Virus record (IMG/VR): IMGVR_UViG_2703718855_000003
Location: 1 to 42,021 of that record
DNA length: 42,021 nt
Strand: one strand, 5' to 3'
Source: a virus
Taxonomy: Duplodnaviria > Heunggongvirae > Uroviricota > Caudoviricetes
Below, piece by piece: positions 35,402-42,021 of the stretch; within the stretch, counting starts at the first letter, position 1; each line of letters starts with the position of its first letter. The position numbers and the translations under genes were made by a program. The notes under the pieces were generated by a model that was not told where the DNA came from, did no database searches, and saw nothing but the letters and a program-made list of their open reading frames with translations.

Positions 35402-35475
35402 TTAACTGACTATTCGAAACTGAATTTATGCCAGCAATGGCAGGGATTCGCTCAACCTTAATTAAGGAGAAAAAC

Positions 35476-35751
35476 ATGATTACCAATTATGAAGCCACTG
35501 TTGTAACTACCGATGACATTGTTCACGAGGTTAATCTGGAAGGAAAGCGTATTGGCTACGTGATTAAAACAGAAAATAAAGAAACCCCATTCACTGTGGT
35601 TGATATCGACGGTCCATCAGGCAACGTAAAAACACTTGATGAAGGTGTCACAAAAATGTGCCTGGTTCACATCGGAAAGAATCTGCCCGCAGAAAAAAAA
35701 GCCGGATTTCTGGCAACTCTGATTGCAATGAAATTAGGCGGTGAAATCTGA
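35476..35751 (+). CDS. racC: RacC-like protein (91 aa)
   Basis: AAGGAG upstream of ATG at 35476; size and position immediately upstream of recE as in Rac. Confidence 0.55.
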   Translation: MITNYEATVVTTDDIVHEVNLEGKRIGYVIKTENKETPFTVVDIDGPSGNVKTLDEGVTKMCLVHIGKNLPAEKKAGFLATLIAMKLGGEI

Positions 35752-35852
35752 AAGAAATAGCCTGCGCCATACGCAGGCTATGAACAGTGTGTATCCGGCA
35801 AGATCATTCACTGAACAAAACGAATTTTAATCTGAGTTGAGGTTAAAAAACA

Positions 35853-38800
35853 ATGAGCACAAAACCACTCTTCCTGTTACGGAAAGCGAAAAAATCATCC
35901 GGTGAACCTGACGTCGTCCTGTGGGCAAGCGACGATTTTGAATCGACCTGTGCCACTCTGGACTACCTGATCGTTAAGTCAGGTAAAAAACTGAGCAGCT
36001 ATTTTAAAGCTGTTGCCACGAATTTTCCTGTCGTTAATGACCTGCCCGCTGAAGGTGAGATCGATTTTACCTGGAGTGAACGCTATCAACTCAGCAAAGA
36101 CTCCATGACATGGGAACTAAAACCGGGAGCAGCACCAGACAACGCTCACTATCAAGGCAATACCAACGTCAACGGCGAAGACATGACTGAGATTGAGGAG
36201 AATATGCTACTCCCAATTTCTGGCCAGGAACTGCCCATTCGTTGGCTTGCTCAACACGGCAGCGAAAAACCGGTAACGCACGTTTCACGCGACGGACTCC
36301 AGGCATTACACATTGCTCGGGCTGAAGAACTACCGGCTGTTACTGCCCTGGCTGTTTCCCACAAAACCAGCCTGCTCGACCCGCTGGAAATTCGCGATCT
36401 CCACAAACTGGTTCGTGACACTGACAAAGTTTTCCCTAATCCTGGTAATTCAAACCTGGGACTGATAACTGCTTTTTTCGAAGCATACCTGAACGCTGAC
36501 TACACCGATCGAGGACTGCTGACAAAAGAGTGGATGAAGGGTAATCGTGTTTCACACATCACTCGCACGGCTTCCGGTGCTAATGCTGGCGGCGGAAACC
36601 TCACCGATCGCGGCGAAGGTTTCGTACACGATCTGACGTCACTGGCGCGCGACGTAGCCACTGGCGTACTGGCCCGTTCAATGGATCTGGACATCTATAA
36701 CCTTCATCCGGCACACGCTAAACGCATTGAGGAAATTATCGCTGAAAATAAACCGCCCTTTTCTGTTTTCCGCGACAAATTCATCACCATGCCTGGCGGG
36801 CTGGATTATTCCCGCGCCATCGTGGTTGCGTCCGTAAAAGAAGCACCAATTGGGATCGAGGTCATCCCCGCGCACGTCACTGAATATCTGAACAAAGTAC
36901 TGACTGAAACCGATCATGCCAACCCTGATCCGGAAATCGTGGATATTGCCTGCGGTCGCTCCTCTGCCCCGATGCCGCAGCGAGTAACAGAAGAAGGAAA
37001 ACAGGATGATGAAGAAAAACCGCAACCATCTGGAACAACGGCAGTTGAACAGGGAGAGGCTGAAACAATGGAACCGGACGCAACTGAACATCATCAGGAC
37101 ACGCAGCCGCTGGATGCTCAGTCACAGGTAAATTCTGTTGATGCGAAATATCAGGAACTGCGGGCAGAACTCCATGAAGCCCGGAAAAACATTCCATCAA
37201 AAAATCCTGTCGATGCCGATAAATTGCTTGCTGCATCACGTGGTGAATTTGTTGACGGAATTAGCGACCCGAACGATCCGAAATGGGTTAAGGGGATCCA
37301 GACTCGCGATTCTGTGTACCAGAACCAGCCAGAAACGGAAAAAACCAGCCCGGATGTGAAACAACCTGAGGCAGTAGTGCAACAGGAACCGGAAATAGTC
37401 TGCAATGCCTGCGGTCAGACTGGCGGAGATAACTGCCCTGACTGTGGGGCGGTGACGGGCGACGCAACATACCAGGAAACATTCGATGAAGAGAATCAGG
37501 TTGAAGCTAAGGAAAAAGATCCGGTGGAAATGGAAGGCGCTGAACATCCGCACAATGAGAATGCTGGCAGCGATCCGCATCGTGATTGCAGTGATGAAAC
37601 TGGTGAAGCGTCAGCTCCTGTAGCAACTGAAATCATGTGGCCGTCATATTTCGAGCCTGGCCGCTATGAAAACCTCCCGAACGAGGTTTATCACTCCGCC
37701 AACGGAATAAGCAGCACGATGCTGAAGGATGCCCGTATCAGCCTGATGTATTACCACGGGCGGCACATTGCCGGAACTATTCCGAACGAGGAAAGTGATG
37801 CACTGCTGCGTGGGCGGATCATTCACAGCTATGTTCTGGAAACGGATAAATTCGCTGATGAATATGCCATTCCGGTACCGGTTCCTGAATATGTGGTTAC
37901 TACTTCTAACGAACTGATCGCCATCATTAAAAAACACAATGCCAGTCTGCCAGCACTGATGACACCAGAGCAGATGAAAGAGTGGATCGAAAGCTACAAC
38001 AGCACTCTTATACAGCCACTGTCTGTAAGTGCTGGGGCCGAAGAAACAGGCATCCTTTACGGTTCGCTTCCGGTGGAATTTCGGCGTATTCCTGAGGGGG
38101 AAAAACATACAGCATCAGCAATGAAAGCCTGTATTAAAGAATACAACGCAAGCCTCCCTCCTCTGTTGAAAACCAGTGGAGCACGGGAGCAGCTTCTGGA
38201 TCAAATTGAAACTGTAGACCCAGAACTGGCAAAAAAAGAACGTGCTAAATCTTTGCCTTACAACATCAGTGGCACAAAAGAGCAATTAACCGAAATCGCA
38301 CGGAAAATTCGCCCGGAACTGGTGACACTGGAGGACTGGCAAAAACGCCAGCAAGAAGAAAACGCCGGGAAAACGTTTATCAGTCCGGATATGTATGAAC
38401 AGGCAAAAAATATTCACGCTGCAATGCAAAACAATACTGATGCAGCAAGGCTACTCAACCACCCGGATCGCAAATCTGAAATCAGCTATTTCGGGTTTGA
38501 TGAAGAAACCGGGCTGGAAATCAGGGTCCGTCCTGATATCGAAATCCGGCTGCCATACGAAAGCATTTGCGCTGACGTGAAGTCAGTCAGCCTCGGTTAT
38601 GTGCGGCAGGAACGACTTAAAGATCGCCTGCACCGTGAAATTATTGAGCGTGATTATCACCTCAGCGCCGCAATGTATTGCGATGTGGCAAACCTGGACA
38701 AATTTTTCTGGATCTTCGTCAACAAAGATGCTGGCTATCACTGGGTGGCTGTCGTGGAAGCCTCGCAGGAACTCCTGGAACTTGGTCGACAGGAATATCG

Positions 38801-38927
38801 CCGGACGCTACGCCAGATAAACGAAGCCCTAGAGACAAACAACTGGCCAGCACCGATTACCGAAAGTTATACCGACGAATTAAACGACTTTGATCTTCGT
38901 CGTCTTGAAGCACTGCATCTGGCTTAA
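35853..38927 (+). CDS. recE: Exodeoxyribonuclease VIII (RecE), full-length form
   Basis: 1024 aa; acidic middle region; C-terminal nuclease domain (...[46 protein letters not shown]...[11 protein letters not shown]...). Confidence 0.8.
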   Translation: MSTKPLFLLRKAKKSSGEPDVVLWASDDFESTCATLDYLIVKSGKKLSSYFKAVATNFPVVNDLPAEGEIDFTWSERYQLSKDSMTWELKPGAAPDNAHYQGNTNVNGEDMTEIEENMLLPISGQELPIRWLAQHGSEKPVTHVSRDGLQALHIARAEELPAVTALAVSHKTSLLDPLEIRDLHKLVRDTDKVFPNPGNSNLGLITAFFEAYLNADYTDRGLLTKEWMKGNRVSHITRTASGANAGGGNLTDRGEGFVHDLTSLARDVATGVLARSMDLDIYNLHPAHAKRIEEIIAENKPPFSVFRDKFITMPGGLDYSRAIVVASVKEAPIGIEVIPAHVTEYLNKVLTETDHANPDPEIVDIACGRSSAPMPQRVTEEGKQDDEEKPQPSGTTAVEQGEAETMEPDATEHHQDTQPLDAQSQVNSVDAKYQELRAELHEARKNIPSKNPVDADKLLAASRGEFVDGISDPNDPKWVKGIQTRDSVYQNQPETEKTSPDVKQPEAVVQQEPEIVCNACGQTGGDNCPDCGAVTGDATYQETFDEENQVEAKEKDPVEMEGAEHPHNENAGSDPHRDCSDETGEASAPVATEIMWPSYFEPGRYENLPNEVYHSANGISSTMLKDARISLMYYHGRHIAGTIPNEESDALLRGRIIHSYVLETDKFADEYAIPVPVPEYVVTTSNELIAIIKKHNASLPALMTPEQMKEWIESYNSTLIQPLSVSAGAEETGILYGSLPVEFRRIPEGEKHTASAMKACIKEYNASLPPLLKTSGAREQLLDQIETVDPELAKKERAKSLPYNISGTKEQLTEIARKIRPELVTLEDWQKRQQEENAGKTFISPDMYEQAKNIHAAMQNNTDAARLLNHPDRKSEISYFGFDEETGLEIRVRPDIEIRLPYESICADVKSVSLGYVRQERLKDRLHREIIERDYHLSAAMYCDVANLDKFFWIFVNKDAGYHWVAVVEASQELLELGRQEYRRTLRQINEALETNNWPAPITESYTDELNDFDLRRLEALHLA

Positions 38928-40030
38928 TGGAGAACCTGACCATGCAAAATACCAATATCATCACGACAGAGCAGACACCAAATACCATTTCTGCCAGTAA
39001 CACTATTTTTAACGTTCAGGCGTTGACGCAACTTCAGGCAGTAGCCGGGTTGATGTCACAGGCCACCGTCACAGTTCCCGATCACCTTCGCGGAAATCCT
39101 GCCGACTGCATGGCAATCATCATGCAAGCCATGCAATGGGGCATGAACCCCTACGCTGTGGCTCAGAAAACACACCTGGTAAACGGAGTTCTGGGTTATG
39201 AAGCACAACTGGTTAACGCTGTGATCTCTAGCTCAAGTGCAATTGTAGGCCGCTTCCATTACAAGTACGAGGGAGACTGGGAGAAATGCTCTCGCACCCG
39301 AGTGGAGACCGTTAAGAAAACGGCCAAAGGAGGCGGAATCTATGAGAAAAAAGAAACGCTCCCATGTTGGACCAGTGAAGATGAGTATGGTCTCTCAGTT
39401 CGAGTTGGTGCAGTTCTTCGCGGTGAAAGTGAGATTACCTGGGGAGAACCGGTGTTTCTTTCCAGCGTGATTACGCGTAATTCTCCTTTATGGACCTCAA
39501 ACCCGAAACAACAGCTCGCCTATCTGGCGTTGAAATACTGGGCTCGCCTTTATTGTCCTGACGTCATCCTGGGCGTGTATACCCCGGACGAACTGGAAGA
39601 GCCACAGGAAAAAATCATCAATCCTGTGCCGGTACAGAATTATAGCGAGGTAAGCGAGCAGCGAACAGAAACCATCGAACAGCGTATTGACGAAGCGTGG
39701 ATTGATGAATTCCGGCAGCGTGTCGAAAGCGCGGCCACGACTGAGGAAACCACTGCATTACGCCAAGAGATAGAGGATCAGAAAAACCAGATCGGCGAAT
39801 TCTTTGCCGAGCTTAAAGGAAAAGTGGTTCGGCGTCATCACCGTCTCAATGCTATTGCCAGTATCGAGAAGATGATAAATGACCTTCCTTCATCAGGTGA
39901 TCCAGAAGCAGAACAAAAATTTACTGCTCTGGAAAATACGCTGAATGCTGCCCGGCCACATCTGGGTGAATTATATGAGGCGTATAAAACGACACTGACA
40001 GATATGAAACCAGAATATATCGGCTCCTGA
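38927..40030 (+). CDS. RecT/Redbeta-family single-strand annealing protein with C-terminal extension
   Basis: 367 aa, start overlaps recE stop (TAATGG coupling); core resembles the RecT family but is not the canonical 269-aa Rac RecT. Confidence 0.55.
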   Translation: MENLTMQNTNIITTEQTPNTISASNTIFNVQALTQLQAVAGLMSQATVTVPDHLRGNPADCMAIIMQAMQWGMNPYAVAQKTHLVNGVLGYEAQLVNAVISSSSAIVGRFHYKYEGDWEKCSRTRVETVKKTAKGGGIYEKKETLPCWTSEDEYGLSVRVGAVLRGESEITWGEPVFLSSVITRNSPLWTSNPKQQLAYLALKYWARLYCPDVILGVYTPDELEEPQEKIINPVPVQNYSEVSEQRTETIEQRIDEAWIDEFRQRVESAATTEETTALRQEIEDQKNQIGEFFAELKGKVVRRHHRLNAIASIEKMINDLPSSGDPEAEQKFTALENTLNAARPHLGELYEAYKTTLTDMKPEYIGS

Positions 40031-40078
40031 TATTGACTTTGGCGGTGTAGCCTCACCGCCATCACAAAATTTTATTAT

Positions 40079-40288
40079 ATGAGAGAAAAAACAATGCGGT
40101 ATGAAAAAGTCAAACCATGCCCTTTTTGTGGTTGTCCATCAGTAACGGTGAAAGCCATTTCAGGATATTACCGCGCGAAGTGTAACGGATGCGAATCCCG
40201 AACCGGCTATGGTGGAAGTGAAAAAGAAGCACTCGAACGATGGAATAAACGAACCACTGGAAATAATAATGGAGGTGTTCATGTATAA
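40079..40288 (+). CDS. ralR: Restriction alleviation protein (Lar/RalR family)
   Basis: 69 aa with KPCPFCGCPSVTVKAISGYYRAKCNGCESRTGYGGSEKEALERWNKR, the Lar zinc-ribbon signature. Confidence 0.75.
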   Translation: MREKTMRYEKVKPCPFCGCPSVTVKAISGYYRAKCNGCESRTGYGGSEKEALERWNKRTTGNNNGGVHV

Positions 40289-40469
40289 AATTACCGCCAC
40301 TATTGAAAAGGAAGGTGGCACTCCTACTAACTGGACAAGGTACTCAAAAACAAAGTTAACCAAATCGGAATGCGAAAAAATGCTCTCAGGGAAAAAAGAA
40401 GCAGGCGTTTCCAGAGAGCAGAAAGTAAAACTGATAAATTTTAATTGCGAGAAACTTCAGTCCTCGTGA
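40281..40469 (+). CDS. ydaC: YdaC-like small protein
   Basis: ATG at 40281 with GGAGGTG upstream (track ORF 40209..40469 starts inside ralR); 62 aa. Confidence 0.5.
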   Translation: MYKITATIEKEGGTPTNWTRYSKTKLTKSECEKMLSGKKEAGVSREQKVKLINFNCEKLQSS

Positions 40470-40568
40470 ATTGCATTGTATTCAAATTAAAACTTCATAG
40501 CTGATTATTAATAATCAACATCGGGCGTCAATTTCAGTCTAACATTGGCGCCTGCCAGAGGTGATGCG

Positions 40569-40784
40569 ATGGCACAAGTGATCTTTAATGAAGAGTGGAT
40601 GGTTGAATACGGTCTGATGCTTCGTACTGGTCTGGGGGCCAGACAAATTGAAGCATACCGCCAGAACTGTTGGGTGGAAGGCTTCCACTTCAAACGAGTA
40701 TCTCCTTTAGGTAAGCCAGACAGCAAGCGAGGGATTATCTGGTACAACTATCCGAAGATAAATCAGTTTATCAAAGACTCATGA
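40569..40784 (+). CDS. ydaQ: Excisionase-like protein (YdaQ/Xis)
   Basis: ATG at 40569 with GAGGTGA upstream; 71 aa [21 protein letters not shown]...; stop overlaps the integrase start (TGATATG). Confidence 0.6.
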   Translation: MAQVIFNEEWMVEYGLMLRTGLGARQIEAYRQNCWVEGFHFKRVSPLGKPDSKRGIIWYNYPKINQFIKDS

Positions 40785-40785
40785 T

Positions 40786-42021
40786 ATGTCTAAATTACCA
40801 ACAGGTGTCGAGATTCGGGGAAAATACATTCGCATCTGGTTCATGTTTCGAGGAAAACGATGTCGGGAAACATTGAAAGGCTGGGAGGTTACTAACAGTA
40901 ATATTAAAAAGGCCGGGAATTTAAGAGCGTTGATAGTTCACGAAATCAATTCCGGCGAATTCGAGTATTTAAGACGTTTTCCCCAGTCCAGCACTGGGGC
41001 AAAAATGGTGACAACGAAGGTCATAAAAACATTCGGGGAGCTTTGTGATATCTGGACAAAAATTAAAGAGACAGAGTTAACAACAAACACAATGAAGAAA
41101 ACGAAATCACAATTAAAAACACTCAGGATAATAATTTGTGAGAGTACCCCAATATCACATATTCGTTATAGCGATATCTTAAACTACCGGAATGAACTGC
41201 TGCATGGAGAAACGCTTTACCTGGATAATCCAAGATCCAACAAAAAAGGAAGAACCGTGCGCACAGTTGATAACTATATCGCCCTGCTCTGTTCATTGTT
41301 ACGTTTTGCGTATCAGTCGGGATTTATATCAACCAAACCATTTGAAGGAGTAAAAAAATTACAGCGAAACAGAATAAAGCCTGATCCGTTATCTAAAACA
41401 GAATTCAATGCATTAATGGAAAGTGAAAAAGGACAGAGCCAGAACTTGTGGAAATTTGCCGTTTACTCCGGGCTTCGTCACGGGGAACTGGCTGCTCTGG
41501 CATGGGAGGATGTGGATTTCGAGAAGGGAATTGTGAATGTCAGAAGAAACCTGACGATACTTGATATGTTCGGTCCCCCAAAAACAAATGCCGGGATCCG
41601 GACGGTAACATTACTGCAGCCGGCTCTTGAAGCACTGAAGGAGCAATACAAACTGACCGGGCATCATCGCAAAAGTGAAATCACTTTTTATCATCGGGAG
41701 TACGGCAGAACTGAAAAGCAAAAACTGCATTTTGTTTTCATGCCCAGGGTGTGTAACGGAAAACAGAAACCTTATTACTCGGTAAGCAGTTTGGGAGCGA
41801 GATGGAATGCAGCTGTAAAACGTGCTGGTATTCGCCGCCGTAATCCGTACCATACGCGACATACTTTTGCCTGCTGGCTGTTGACGGCAGGAGCGAACCC
41901 GGCATTTATAGCCAGCCAGATGGGGCATGAAACTGCGCAGATGGTGTATGAAATTTACGGTATGTGGATTGATGACATGAACGACGAACAGGTAGCTATG
42001 TTGAATGCGCGGTTACCGTAG
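40786..42021 (+). CDS. intR: Tyrosine site-specific integrase (Rac IntR-like)
   Basis: 411 aa; C-terminal catalytic region ...RHGELAALAWEDVDF...RTVTLL...YHTRHTFACWLLTAGANPAFIASQMGHETAQMVYEIYG... with the conserved Arg/His/Tyr residues; stop codon is the last triplet of the window. Confidence 0.85.
   Translation: MSKLPTGVEIRGKYIRIWFMFRGKRCRETLKGWEVTNSNIKKAGNLRALIVHEINSGEFEYLRRFPQSSTGAKMVTTKVIKTFGELCDIWTKIKETELTTNTMKKTKSQLKTLRIIICESTPISHIRYSDILNYRNELLHGETLYLDNPRSNKKGRTVRTVDNYIALLCSLLRFAYQSGFISTKPFEGVKKLQRNRIKPDPLSKTEFNALMESEKGQSQNLWKFAVYSGLRHGELAALAWEDVDFEKGIVNVRRNLTILDMFGPPKTNAGIRTVTLLQPALEALKEQYKLTGHHRKSEITFYHREYGRTEKQKLHFVFMPRVCNGKQKPYYSVSSLGARWNAAVKRAGIRRRNPYHTRHTFACWLLTAGANPAFIASQMGHETAQMVYEIYGMWIDDMNDEQVAMLNARLP

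Noticed and set aside
36678-37580. Several minus-strand ORFs (114-138 aa) inside recE
   Set aside because: Antisense shadow frames of the acidic RecE middle region; low-complexity Arg/Phe/Cys-rich translations.

Overview
The window reads as one nearly complete temperate (lambdoid) prophage, with the integrase at the right edge and tail fibres at the left edge. Right third (about 27.5-42 kb): a Rac-like early region, recognised from memory and not database-verified: intR, xis (ydaQ-like), ydaC, ralR (Lar anti-restriction), a RecT-family annealing protein, recE, racC, ydaE, kilR, ydaF, ydaG on the plus strand; racR-like repressor divergent from ydaS/ydaT; an O-like replication gene broken by a frameshift in an A7 run and carrying 19-bp palindromic repeats; a DnaC-like loader; several small unknowns; a hok-type type I toxin. 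Middle (24.3-27.1 kb): an AT-rich polytopic membrane protein and a phage tRNA cassette (tRNA-Ile2-like CAU, tRNA-Arg UCU, a degenerate tRNA-like copy, tRNA-Gly UCC) built from tandemly duplicated promoter-tRNA-terminator units. Left half (0-24.3 kb), all minus strand: lysis cassette (two membrane proteins, M15-type endolysin, lipoprotein), ParB-like nuclease translationally coupled to a GT-A-like enzyme, small and large terminase, head genes, and a P2/Mu-type contractile tail (sheath, tube, chaperone pair with a -1 frameshift site, tape measure, hub, spike, W-like, J-like, I-like, fibre, fibre assembly). The best candidates for an undescribed system are (1) an AT-rich stand-alone PD-(D/E)xK (HsdR-N/Mrr-like) nuclease gene with its own terminator inserted between baseplate genes (5641-6801), (2) the coupled ParB-like/GT-A-like pair upstream of the terminase, and (3) the AT-rich membrane protein next to the tRNA cassette. 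All family assignments are from reading the translations; no searches were run. Head-protein identities and the late-gene regulator (no Q-like gene recognised) remain unresolved.
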